This document shows positions 55,270 to 64,000 of a stretch of 64,000 bases of DNA, one piece after another. Below the pieces are notes generated by a model that saw nothing but the letters and a program-made list of their open reading frames with translations, did no database searches and was not told where the DNA came from. Position 1 is the first letter of the stretch. Each line of letters opens with the position of its first letter. Location: NCBI GenBank assembly GCA_943353165.1, contig CALRAM010000003.1:32026-96025 (forward strand), written 5' to 3'. The position numbers and the translations under genes are program-made. The stretch comes from an uncultured Candidatus Saccharimonas sp. (GTDB lineage Bacteria; Patescibacteriota; Saccharimonadia; Saccharimonadales; OMJO01).

Positions 55270-56571
55270 ATGAATAAGATAAAACGCCTACCAGTATGGG
55301 GGGTATATGGATTGTTGGCGTATATGCCTTTTCATATATTTTTGGCGCAATCGCTCAGTCTATCCACAGGCGGGCTAGATGTTTGGAAAGTTGCTAAAGA
55401 CTTTGTAACAATATTTTTGCTAGTTTTTGCGATAGTTTTTGCACTGTACAGCCAAAAACTCAGAGACAACAAGGTATTTAGAATTACACTTATTTTGGCA
55501 ATAGTTTACGGCTTATTACACTTTTTGACATACATCTTCAGTAAACAAACTTCACTTTCCGTAGCAATGCTGGCGGCCACATATAACAACAGACTATTTT
55601 GGTATTTTTTGATTGCTTTTGTGGGGGTTAGGTTAGTCAAAGACAAAAACATCGATGTCCGTGTAATTAAATTGATTTTGGCAATTAGCACGTTAGTTTG
55701 TCTTGTGGGGCTTTTACAATGGTTTTTGCCAAAAGACATATTGACGCACATTGGCTACAGCATAGAGCGTGGAGTTAAACCGAACTTTTTTATAAATGAT
55801 GACATCAACTACCCCAGAATAATGTCTACAATACGCGACCCAAACTCGCTGGGAGCTTTCCTGATATTACCTACGCTACTTCTTGCCAGCCTGTACGGAA
55901 AAGTTAAAAAAGAAAGAAAACGACTAATCGCGGGGCTTTTACTATTACACGCCCTAATACTAATACTCACTTTTTCTAGGGCGGCCTGGGGAGGGATAAT
56001 TATTTCCGGTTTAACGCTTCTGATTATAGGTAACAAGAAAAAAGCGTCATTTCTACTAAAACAATATTGGATGATACTAGTTGCGCTGATAATTTTGTTT
56101 GGAGTAGGGCTGTACAGTCAGCGCCAAAGTTACTTTGTGCGAAGTGTGGTATTTAGGATTGACGATAAAAACAAAGCAACCGACCCAGATAGTGATCAAC
56201 TCCACGTTTACTTTATAGAAAAGGGCGTGAATGGAGTTATTCAAAAACCGATGGGGTACGGCCCGGGTACAGCCGGCATAGTATCAATTCAGAATGAAAA
56301 TGGCGGCACTCTGACAGAGAACTATTATATTCAAATCGCTCATGAAGTTGGCGTATTTGGACTGCTAATTTTTGTCATGGCTTGGGGGTATGTGGTAAAA
56401 CTGCTAGTACAAGCCAAATCAGTTCTGGGTACGACGCTAGTTGCATCTGCCTGCGCATATGCCGTTATGGCAATGGTGATGCATCTTTGGAGCAACGAAG
56501 CCGTCGCTGCGCAGTGGTGGCTACTAGCTGGTGCTATAATCGGGATTAATTACAACAAAAAACTGAGCTAA
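55270..56571 (+). CDS. O-antigen ligase/polymerase-like (Wzy_C family) polytopic membrane protein
   Basis: 433 aa with about 11 TM helices. It has the FSRAAWGG loop motif typical of the O-antigen ligase family. Confidence 0.7.
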   Translation: MNKIKRLPVWGVYGLLAYMPFHIFLAQSLSLSTGGLDVWKVAKDFVTIFLLVFAIVFALYSQKLRDNKVFRITLILAIVYGLLHFLTYIFSKQTSLSVAMLAATYNNRLFWYFLIAFVGVRLVKDKNIDVRVIKLILAISTLVCLVGLLQWFLPKDILTHIGYSIERGVKPNFFINDDINYPRIMSTIRDPNSLGAFLILPTLLLASLYGKVKKERKRLIAGLLLLHALILILTFSRAAWGGIIISGLTLLIIGNKKKASFLLKQYWMILVALIILFGVGLYSQRQSYFVRSVVFRIDDKNKATDPDSDQLHVYFIEKGVNGVIQKPMGYGPGTAGIVSIQNENGGTLTENYYIQIAHEVGVFGLLIFVMAWGYVVKLLVQAKSVLGTTLVASACAYAVMAMVMHLWSNEAVAAQWWLLAGAIIGINYNKKLS

Positions 56572-56607
56572 CTTCAAGTATAATCAAAGAATAATAAGGA
56601 GTAAATA

Positions 56608-56778
56608 ATGGAAAAAACACCAAACCCAGAAAGCTTTAATAGTTTTATAGAAGCAAGAGGGCTTGCAGATAGCAATGAAGCAATTCGTATTTACTCAGAA
56701 GAGTTAACTGCGTATAAAGAGTCAATTTTACAGGACAATCAAACAATAGACTTGAAAGAAGAGAACTGGGCTAAATAA
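56608..56778 (+). CDS. small hypothetical protein (56 aa)
   Basis: Too short for the ORF track. AAGGAG lies 6 nt upstream of the ATG, and its stop overlaps the gmd start (TAATG). Translation: MEKTPNPESFNSFIEARGLADSNEAIRIYSEELTAYKESILQDNQTIDLKEENWAK. Confidence 0.45.
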   Translation: MEKTPNPESFNSFIEARGLADSNEAIRIYSEELTAYKESILQDNQTIDLKEENWAK

Positions 56779-57815
56779 TGGGCAAAAGAGTACTTATTAC
56801 CGGTATCGCAGGACAAGATGGCGGTCATTTGGCCAAATTACTACACGAAAAAGGCTATAAAGTTTACGGGATAATTCGTGGCCAGATGGAAGCCAGCCAC
56901 CCACGCTATCAGGCTGTAAAGCAGGAAATGCCTTATGTTGAACTCATCATGGCCGATCTGCTAGATCTGTCTTCACTAGTTCGCGCGGTTCAACTAGCAC
57001 AACCAGACGAAGTGTATAACCTGGCCGCTATTAGCCATGTGGGTTATTCGTTCCGAGATCCAATATTGACTGCAGATGTTACGGGCAAAGGTGTAGTAAA
57101 CATGCTAGAAGCAATTCGTCTGAGTGGCGGTGAAAAAACTATTCGCTTTTACCAGGCCTCTACTTCAGAAATGTTTGGCGGGCTAGATTACAATCGGCCA
57201 GATAAAGGCTATAGCGAAGATGCCAACTTTCACCCACGCAGTCCATATGGCGTAGCCAAGCTCTACGGACACTGGATTACGGTGAATTACCGTGAAAGCT
57301 ACGGCATGTTTGCTTGTAACGGGATATTGTTCAACCACGAAGGTGAACGGCGCGGTTCAGAATTTGTAACTCGCAAAATTAGTAAAGCTGTTGCACGCAT
57401 CAAATACGGTAAACAAGACGTACTAGAACTGGGCAACCTGGACTCCAAGCGCGATTGGGGTTATGCAGGTGACTATGTAGAAGGCATGTGGCGTATGCTC
57501 CAACAGGACAAGCCTGATGATTACGTACTCGCTACCGGAGAGACACATACGATTCGTGAATTTTGTGAGCTTGCCTTCAAGGAAATTAGCATCGAGATCA
57601 AGTGGCAAGGTAGTGATGCCGAAGAAGTTGGCGTGGACGCGTCAACTGGTAAGACGGTGATTAAAATCAATCCAGAATTTTACCGCCCTGCAGAAGTTGA
57701 TTTACTACTAGGTGACCCAACAAAAGCAGAAAAAGTTCTTGGCTGGAAGCGTAAAGTTGACTTTCCCGGTCTAGTAAAAATGATGGTCGATCACGATTTA
57801 GGGCTAGAGTCTTAG
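56778..57815 (+). CDS. gmd: GDP-mannose 4,6-dehydratase
   Basis: 345 aa. It has VLITGIAGQDGGHLAKLL, the catalytic region STSEMFG...SPYGVAKLY and NHEGERRG. Confidence 0.92.
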   Translation: MGKRVLITGIAGQDGGHLAKLLHEKGYKVYGIIRGQMEASHPRYQAVKQEMPYVELIMADLLDLSSLVRAVQLAQPDEVYNLAAISHVGYSFRDPILTADVTGKGVVNMLEAIRLSGGEKTIRFYQASTSEMFGGLDYNRPDKGYSEDANFHPRSPYGVAKLYGHWITVNYRESYGMFACNGILFNHEGERRGSEFVTRKISKAVARIKYGKQDVLELGNLDSKRDWGYAGDYVEGMWRMLQQDKPDDYVLATGETHTIREFCELAFKEISIEIKWQGSDAEEVGVDASTGKTVIKINPEFYRPAEVDLLLGDPTKAEKVLGWKRKVDFPGLVKMMVDHDLGLES

Positions 57816-57828
57816 AACTAGCTACTGA

Positions 57829-58755
57829 TTACACTTTTTTCCACTGGACAAAATCACGGATGGTTTGATCTATGGAGATAGTCGGTTGCCATCCAAACTC
57901 ATTTTTAAGTAGGTCACTATTTCCGTAGATCAAAAGTGGATCGTTCGGGCGCACCATAGATTTGTCTACATATATCTCCAATGATTTCTTGCCTGTTAAA
58001 GTCTTGATTTTCTCGATCAGTTGATCTCTTGATGTAGCGACTCCCGAACAGACATTGTAGATTTTCTGTAGTGGTTGTACGGGTTTTTCAATAATCATAC
58101 GATACGCTCTAACAACGTCCCTGACATCTGTGTAGTCACGGCTGGTATTAAATGGTCCAACGGTAATTACATCCTGGGTTAGTATTTTTTTAGTCAGGTC
58201 GGGTAGAATAAATCCGTCAAGCTGACCAGGACCAGTGTGATTGAAAGGCCGTGCAATTATAATATTCATCCCATCATTTATGTACCTTCGAAGGGTTCTT
58301 TCAAGAAGTACCTTGCTTGCCACATAAGGTGATCCGCCTTCAATTAGAGCACTTTTTTCAGTTAACGGCATGTCTTGGTTATTGTCATAAACTGCCCCAC
58401 TGCTTACCGCTAGTATTCGTACGTTTAAATCAGACTTTTGAATGCGATCGATTAATATGGAATGTACTTCGACATTAATTTTGTTATATAACTCCTCTTT
58501 TCCGGAAGAAGTACTAGGCTGAGCCAATCCAGCCAAATTTATGATGGCATCAATGTTCGCTAATGGTAGCTTTTCTACATCTTGAGGGTTTGTAAGGTCG
58601 CACTGGACATATTTAGTGACTATTTTAGTTATTTCCGGAACCACGTCTTTTTCGGTACCCGTACCGTATACTATATATTCATGTCGATGGAGCTCACTTG
58701 CTAAATGCTTACCTACGAACCCATTAATTCCTGCGACCAGTATAGATTTAGACAT
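57829..58755 (-). CDS. NAD-dependent epimerase/dehydratase; plausible GDP-4-dehydro-6-deoxy-D-mannose reductase (Rmd-like)
   Basis: 308 aa short-chain dehydrogenase/reductase (SDR) family protein with ILVAGINGFVGKHL and the catalytic SPYVASK. The Rmd assignment is inferred only from adjacency to gmd and from size. Confidence 0.6.
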   Translation of the reverse strand: MSKSILVAGINGFVGKHLASELHRHEYIVYGTGTEKDVVPEITKIVTKYVQCDLTNPQDVEKLPLANIDAIINLAGLAQPSTSSGKEELYNKINVEVHSILIDRIQKSDLNVRILAVSSGAVYDNNQDMPLTEKSALIEGGSPYVASKVLLERTLRRYINDGMNIIIARPFNHTGPGQLDGFILPDLTKKILTQDVITVGPFNTSRDYTDVRDVVRAYRMIIEKPVQPLQKIYNVCSGVATSRDQLIEKIKTLTGKKSLEIYVDKSMVRPNDPLLIYGNSDLLKNEFGWQPTISIDQTIRDFVQWKKV

Positions 58756-58818
58756 ACGAACATTATAGGGGTAACTAACCGTTGCTGTATAGTATAAAAG
58801 CCTATAAAATAAGATGAA

Positions 58819-59622
58819 GTGAAAAGAATACTACATCGTTATCGATATTCCACTATCCTGCTCAAGCAAATGGTTAGGTCTGATTTTAAGTTACGTTATC
58901 AAGGGTCTGTTCTTGGCTATATTTGGTCTCTTCTACGTCCATTAGCACTATTTGTAATACTCTATATAGTTTTTACAAAGTTTTTAAAAATTGGCGCGAC
59001 AATTCCACACTATCCAGTATATTTACTACTAGGCATAGTTCTTTGGAACTTTTTTATAGAAGTAACTACCGGTAGTGTGAGCATTATTGTAAGTAAGGGA
59101 GATTTAATCAGAAAAATTAACTTTCCCAAATATGTAATAATTCTGGCAGGTTCTTTTTCTGCACTTATAAATTTGTGCATCAACTTCATTATTATCCTAT
59201 TATTTATGTATATAAACCACGTAGATTTTAGGATTTCAGCCATGTTGTTGCCATTGTTAATAGCTGAGTTGTTCGTATTCTCGTTGGCCGTTGCATTTTT
59301 CTTAAGCGCTGTTTTCGTAAGATTCAGAGATGTCGGTTATATATGGGAAGTCGCAACACAAGGAGCATTTTATGCAACACCGATACTTTACCCGCTTTCT
59401 TTAATACCTATTTCTGCTGCGAAGATATTGATGCTTAACCCTATGGCGCAGATTATACAAGACGCTAGATTTGTAATGGTAACAGATCAAACCCAAACTA
59501 TAAATAGTATTTACAACAATCCGAATGCTCGCTTAATTCCAATAATGACAGTAATAGTTATTGCTATAGTTGCTTCATTATATTTTCGCGCAAGATCACG
59601 ATTTTTTGCGGAGGAAGTTTAG
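58819..59622 (+). CDS. wzm: ABC-2 type polysaccharide exporter permease (Wzm/TagG-like)
   Basis: 267 aa with 6 TM helices, immediately upstream of the Wzt-like ATPase. Confidence 0.82.
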   Translation: MKRILHRYRYSTILLKQMVRSDFKLRYQGSVLGYIWSLLRPLALFVILYIVFTKFLKIGATIPHYPVYLLLGIVLWNFFIEVTTGSVSIIVSKGDLIRKINFPKYVIILAGSFSALINLCINFIIILLFMYINHVDFRISAMLLPLLIAELFVFSLAVAFFLSAVFVRFRDVGYIWEVATQGAFYATPILYPLSLIPISAAKILMLNPMAQIIQDARFVMVTDQTQTINSIYNNPNARLIPIMTVIVIAIVASLYFRARSRFFAEEV

Positions 59623-60852
59623 ATGGATGACATAGCAATAAAAGTAGATAATGTTTCAAAAGATTTTCACTATACAAGTAGTAGAGCGGGAACATTAAAA
59701 AGTCTAGTTACTAGCGCATTTAAAGATAAAAATGATGTTGAAAAAGATATTCAACACGCCTTAAAAAATATTTCATTCGAAATCAAAAAAGGTGAATTTT
59801 TTGGCATAGTAGGGCGAAACGGTAGCGGTAAAAGTACGTTGCTTAAAATGATAGCAGGAATATATCAACCCAATAAAGGTAAAATTCACGTTAATGGAAG
59901 AATAGTGCCATTTATTGAACTTGGAGTGGGTTTTAATCCAGAATTAACTGGACGCGAAAATGTGTACTTAAATGGAGCATTATTAGGTTTTTCTAGAAAA
60001 GAAGTAGAAGCTCAATATCAGGAGATCGTTGAATTTGCGGAGCTAGAAAAATTCATGGATCAACAACTCAAGAATTATTCTTCTGGTATGCAAGTTCGGC
60101 TAGCCTTTTCAATGGCCATAAGAGCCAAAGCCGACATACTTTTAATTGATGAAGTATTAGCTGTAGGAGATGAAGCATTTCAAAGAAAATGCACCGGCTA
60201 CTTTAAGAATCTAAAGGATGAAGGTAAGACTGTTGTTCTAGTAACTCATAACATGGATGCGGTACGTCGTTTTTGTAGTAGAGCGATGCTCGTGCACGAT
60301 GCGGGTATTAAGGTTATTGGGACCCCTGAAGATGTTGCGAACCAGTACACTTTAGAAAATTTTCAAAAACCGTTTGTACCCCAAAAACAACAAGACGCAT
60401 ATGAGGACGGGCTATGCGAGAGGGTTCCGAAGTTCAGGATCATTCCGGTATCAAAGCCATTGCTTACCAGTGCGGATGAATTAGTATTTGAGGTGGAATA
60501 TAAGATAACGGACGATACACCTGTTAACGTTCATATTTCCATCATCGACGAAATACGCAACGTCTCCATAGTCAATAACGGAGCGAAATCAAAGTCAGGC
60601 AAAGGCACACATAGACTTAGGTATTTATTGCCCCTGAGGCTGTACAATAATTGTGACTTGTATGTACACGCAGTCCTGGATGAAGAGAAGACACGTAAAA
60701 GAATAGCTTTTACGAATGAAAAGAATTCACATCGATTTGCTATTCGCAATGCGACTGGTAATAATGGGCTTATTAGTGCGACAAGTGGTGAACAGGGCTA
60801 TTGGCACAATTGGGACAGCTTCACATATAATAAAAATGAGGACAATACGTGA
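59623..60852 (+). CDS. wzt: polysaccharide ABC exporter ATP-binding protein (Wzt/TagH-like) with C-terminal extension
   Basis: 409 aa. It has Walker A GRNGSGKST, signature YSSGMQVRLAF and Walker B ILLIDEVLAVGD. An extra domain of about 160 aa sits where glycan-binding Wzt C-domains occur. Confidence 0.85.
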   Translation: MDDIAIKVDNVSKDFHYTSSRAGTLKSLVTSAFKDKNDVEKDIQHALKNISFEIKKGEFFGIVGRNGSGKSTLLKMIAGIYQPNKGKIHVNGRIVPFIELGVGFNPELTGRENVYLNGALLGFSRKEVEAQYQEIVEFAELEKFMDQQLKNYSSGMQVRLAFSMAIRAKADILLIDEVLAVGDEAFQRKCTGYFKNLKDEGKTVVLVTHNMDAVRRFCSRAMLVHDAGIKVIGTPEDVANQYTLENFQKPFVPQKQQDAYEDGLCERVPKFRIIPVSKPLLTSADELVFEVEYKITDDTPVNVHISIIDEIRNVSIVNNGAKSKSGKGTHRLRYLLPLRLYNNCDLYVHAVLDEEKTRKRIAFTNEKNSHRFAIRNATGNNGLISATSGEQGYWHNWDSFTYNKNEDNT

Positions 60853-61628
60853 AATATGGAGCTAGAAAATTAATCAAAGCAGTTGCTCCCTATGGAGTGG
60901 TTGTATTCTGGCGTAAATATAAATTAAGTATAAAAAATTCAAAACTAAATTATTGCCCAGTGTGTGAAAAGTGGAGCGAATTTATTCCTGCGGTAAATGG
61001 AATGGGTATGGCCAGAGAAAAAGGCGTGTGCATAAACTGCGGAACCTTAGAAAGGCACAGGCTTACATGGCTATTTATCATTAGAAAAGTAGGCTTGGAT
61101 TCAATTAAGAAGAAATCAATGCTACATGTTGCCGCAGAACAAGTTTTGGAGCATAATTTCAGAAAAATAGTCGGCAAAAAATATCTCACAGCTGATTATT
61201 TACTTAAAGCAGACGTAAAGATGGACATTACTGACATAAAGTTCAAAGACAATAGTTTCGACATAATTATGTGCAACCATGTATTGGAGCATGTTAGTGA
61301 TGACGTAAAGGCTATGAAAGAGATGTACAGAGTTATGAAACCTGCAGGTTGGGCAATATTTTTGGTACCAATTGCAGACAAGGAAATCACATATGAAAAC
61401 AGTAAAGTAAAAACCGACGAAGGGCGACTGAAGCATTTCGGGCAGATTGACCACGTGCGCAAATACGGGACGGACTACGTAGGAAGACTTGAAAGTGCCG
61501 GCTGGAAAGTCAGGGTATATAAAGCAAGGGAAATTGCATCTAATAAAGAAATAAAACAAATGGTACTAACAGAAGATGAGAAAAACTTTGGCTTTACCCC
61601 CACAGAAATATTTTACTGCACGAAATGA
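60849..61628 (+). CDS. class I SAM-dependent methyltransferase with N-terminal CxxC...CxxC ribbon
   Basis: 259 aa. It has CPVC...CINC, then the methyltransferase type-11 pattern FDIIMCNHVLEHV and MKPAGWAIF. Confidence 0.75.
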   Translation: MKYGARKLIKAVAPYGVVVFWRKYKLSIKNSKLNYCPVCEKWSEFIPAVNGMGMAREKGVCINCGTLERHRLTWLFIIRKVGLDSIKKKSMLHVAAEQVLEHNFRKIVGKKYLTADYLLKADVKMDITDIKFKDNSFDIIMCNHVLEHVSDDVKAMKEMYRVMKPAGWAIFLVPIADKEITYENSKVKTDEGRLKHFGQIDHVRKYGTDYVGRLESAGWKVRVYKAREIASNKEIKQMVLTEDEKNFGFTPTEIFYCTK

Positions 61629-61672
61629 CTGTAAAATTAATGATTATCACTAATAACGATCGGAAGTAATAA

Positions 61673-62425
61673 ATGATAAAACGAACTTTAAAACATGTGC
61701 GTGAAAATCGTAAGCTATTAAATGAGATAAATGAGCGTTTAATAAATGTCCAGTCACAGAATGCCGAATTACTTTTTGCTGACTACTTTAGAGATAGCAT
61801 ACAGAACAGTAAGTGGGTGACAGATAAGGGGTTTAGTGCCTTTGGTGGTGCGGCTAATTATTCACTACTCTATAAACTCTATAAAATTTATGATATCGTT
61901 AAGCCACAGAATGTTTTGGAGTTTGGGCTAGGGCAAACAACAAAACTCTCTTACCAGTATGCCGAAGCAAATCCCAATGTAAAAATCATTGCTATTGACG
62001 ACAACAAGGACTGGACTGAGATCTATAAAAAACAGATAACAATGCCAAAGAACCTAAATATTACAAGTCTTGCACTGCAGGACTTCAGATACAAAGGTGA
62101 GGTCCTGCAGAAGCTGAACGAGTATAAAGGACTAAACAGAGTAATTGGGAAAACCAAGTTTGATCTAGTGATCGTCGATGGTCCTATTGGTTACGATAAA
62201 GAATACTCAAGAACAAACATTGTTAGTTTATCAGACAGTCTTGCCGAAGATTTTATAGTGATATTCGATGATGCCGAACGCATAGGCGAACAGCGCACAA
62301 TTAATATCTTCAAACAGGAACTCGCTAAAAACAATGTGGGATTTGAGGCATTCGATATTGCTGGTAGTAAAACACAGCATTATATAGTAGCATCAAGTGT
62401 GCCCAGGATTATCCACCTAATATAG
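61673..62425 (+). CDS. putative class I methyltransferase-fold protein
   Basis: 250 aa. It has the motif-I-like NVLEFGLGQTT plus IAIDDNKDW and FDLVIVDGP. Function is uncertain. Confidence 0.45.
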   Translation: MIKRTLKHVRENRKLLNEINERLINVQSQNAELLFADYFRDSIQNSKWVTDKGFSAFGGAANYSLLYKLYKIYDIVKPQNVLEFGLGQTTKLSYQYAEANPNVKIIAIDDNKDWTEIYKKQITMPKNLNITSLALQDFRYKGEVLQKLNEYKGLNRVIGKTKFDLVIVDGPIGYDKEYSRTNIVSLSDSLAEDFIVIFDDAERIGEQRTINIFKQELAKNNVGFEAFDIAGSKTQHYIVASSVPRIIHLI

Positions 62426-62437
62426 TGTATTAAGTAT

Positions 62438-63496
62438 ATGAATCTAATTTTTTCAAGTAACGATAAGGGTGTGAATATGATGGCAGTTGCCATATATTCA
62501 GTTATTAAGAATAACCAGAAACACAGGTTGAATTTCTATATCATTCATAGCAATATAAACCAGAAAAACATAGATCGGTTAAAAAAATTACAGAGTCGAC
62601 ACAGAAATGCTAATATTAAATTTATCTCAATAGACGGTGATCAACTCAAGACGATTAAAATAACCAATATGGTTACGACGGAAGCCTATTATCGGTACCT
62701 TGCCCCTGATATTTTGCCAAAAAGTGAGAATAGAGTTTTATATATGGATATTGATACACTTTGTCTCAGTGATCTTAGTGAATTGTATAATACAAATCTT
62801 GAGGGTAAATGCATAGCTGCCGTTGAAGACTATGCATTCAATAATAGCGATGATTATCGAGACAACAAAGCATGGGTTCATTCTCAAGGTGTTAAAAAAT
62901 ATGTCAACTCGGGAGTACTATTAATGAATCTAACAGAAATGCGGAAAGGCATAATGACAGAATTCTGGGATGGTATATACAACAAACCAAAGATTATACC
63001 GGAAAAGTATAATGTCTTTGCTGACCAGACGGTTACTAATCTTATTTTCAAAGATAGCATTAAGTATTTGGATAAAAAATATAACGTTTTCACAACTGCC
63101 CTTGCCGGCTTGAATGTAAAAAATCCTGCAGTAGTACACTTCACTGGTTTTTCCAAACCGCTTACATACAGGGATGAACATAGTGCGATATATGACGAAA
63201 AGTATTTTATGTACTATTGGGAGACTATGAATATAGTAGGCAATGATGGTGGCAGCATACTTAAATTTGCCATTAACTCAACCAAGAGAGAGGCAGCTCA
63301 TATGCTTCATGAGACCTCAGAACAATTGACCAAGAATAACCACCGCCTGGAAGAGGCCACGCGACAGTTGGAAGAGGCCACGCGACAGTTGGCAGAGAAC
63401 AACCACCAGTTTCAAAAGTTCCGATCTAGCCCTAGGTATCTTATAAGTAATTTGCCTTATGCTATTAGAGCATACGTAAAAAATAAACTATCCTAA
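62438..63496 (+). CDS. glycosyltransferase family 8 with C-terminal coiled-coil
   Basis: 352 aa. It has AYYRYLAPDILP, the DxD motif in YMDIDTLCLSDL, NSGVLLMNL and HFTGFSKP. The tail contains the duplicated heptad-like LEEATRQ. Confidence 0.82.
   Translation: MNLIFSSNDKGVNMMAVAIYSVIKNNQKHRLNFYIIHSNINQKNIDRLKKLQSRHRNANIKFISIDGDQLKTIKITNMVTTEAYYRYLAPDILPKSENRVLYMDIDTLCLSDLSELYNTNLEGKCIAAVEDYAFNNSDDYRDNKAWVHSQGVKKYVNSGVLLMNLTEMRKGIMTEFWDGIYNKPKIIPEKYNVFADQTVTNLIFKDSIKYLDKKYNVFTTALAGLNVKNPAVVHFTGFSKPLTYRDEHSAIYDEKYFMYYWETMNIVGNDGGSILKFAINSTKREAAHMLHETSEQLTKNNHRLEEATRQLEEATRQLAENNHQFQKFRSSPRYLISNLPYAIRAYVKNKLS
63350..63391. repeat. perfect 21-bp tandem duplication (LEEATRQ x2)
   Basis: The unit gaagaggccacgcgacagttg occurs at 63350-63370 and again at 63371-63391. 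Confidence 0.9.
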
Positions 63497-63545
63497 TCGC
63501 TTTACACAGTCCGGACTTTGCTAACGTGCTGCAGTTACGTCTAGG

Positions 63546-64000
63546 TTAGACGTTTAAGATACGGAAGATTTCAGAAATGGTCTTATCCCAGCTGAAACCA
63601 GATGCTTGGGCCCGCCCTTTGCTTTCATATTGTTTTCGTGTGCTCGGATCATTTAATAGACTTTGCACAGCATGCATTATTGTCAGATGATCATTTGTAA
63701 ATATTGCGGCGTCTCCAGCGATCTCTTCGATAGAAGAGTTCTTGTATGTTATAACAGGCGTTCCATATTGCATAGCTTCTAAAATTGGCAAACCAAAACC
63801 CTCGTAAACACTTGGGTAGACAAAAGTTAGTGCATTTTCATAAAGCCACTCACGTTGCTCGTCAGTTACAAACCCTAGGAATACAATGTCGTTTAGGTAG
63901 GCTGAGTTATTGATGTACTTTTGGACTGTAGGAATTGGTATTGATTTGGTGCCTTTCATGGTGTCTCCGGCTAGCACAAGCCGTATGTCTGTGCCCTGTG
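63546..64000 (-). CDS. glycosyltransferase family 4, C-terminal part (partial; 5' end beyond window)
   Basis: The frame is open to the window end. It carries the E-x7-E region YPSVYEGFGLPILEAMQYGTPVITY. Confidence 0.8.
   Translation of the reverse strand, partial: QGTDIRLVLAGDTMKGTKSIPIPTVQKYINNSAYLNDIVFLGFVTDEQREWLYENALTFVYPSVYEGFGLPILEAMQYGTPVITYKNSSIEEIAGDAAIFTNDHLTIMHAVQSLLNDPSTRKQYESKGRAQASGFSWDKTISEIFRILNV

Noticed and set aside
16515-63391. The tandem repeats at 16515, 39942 and 63350 could be CRISPR-like or satellite arrays.
   Set aside because: All are in-frame repeats of 2-3 copies inside ORFs with no spacers. The window contains no CRISPR architecture.
1-64000. The organism could use an alternative genetic code (UGA as Gly, as in some CPR lineages).
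   Set aside because: TGA terminates several genes at the expected protein length, for example the PHP gene at 14708-14710, the 1074-aa protein at 46360-46362 and the hydrolase at 47625-47627. The conserved proteins need no in-frame TGA read-through.

Overview
This 64-kb window looks like part of a small, streamlined bacterial chromosome. Its gene content resembles Patescibacteria/CPR, probably Saccharibacteria-like, but that assignment is an inference from gene content, not a search result. The standard genetic code fits: TGA, TAA and TAG all end full-length conserved proteins. I call about 60 protein genes, three intact tRNAs (Arg-GCG, Ser-GCU, Ser-UGA) and a patch of tRNA-Ser debris. I recognised no rRNA, CRISPR array, integrase, transposase or relaxase. 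The window spans the replication-origin neighbourhood: recF-dnaN-dnaA on the minus strand, a DnaA-box cluster, then rpmH-rnpA-yidC-jag on the plus strand. Housekeeping genes include polA (partial), rpoD, dnaG, argS, valS, groES/EL, murE, tsaD, orn, msrB, mscL, comFC and hsp20. The standout feature is a roughly 14.5-kb Gram-positive-style type IV secretion-like locus (33.6-48.1 kb) lying directly beside recF. It has six tandem VirB2/T4SS-pilin-like paralogues divergent from an operon that encodes a giant VirB6-like membrane protein, a PrgI/VirB3-like protein, a VirB4 ATPase and two large cell-wall hydrolases. The window contains no relaxase, coupling protein or integrase. Other points of interest:
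- An unrecognised three-member paralogue family.
- A tRNA-Ser cluster with three copies of the tRNA 3' end and an interrupted tRNA-Ser(CGA).
- A DnaG in which all four zinc ligands are replaced.
- An archaeal-type CDP-archaeol-synthase-like lipid operon.
- A terminator-containing valS leader.
- A gmd/rmd-wzm/wzt (D-rhamnan-like) glycan locus at the 3' end that becomes visibly AT-richer.
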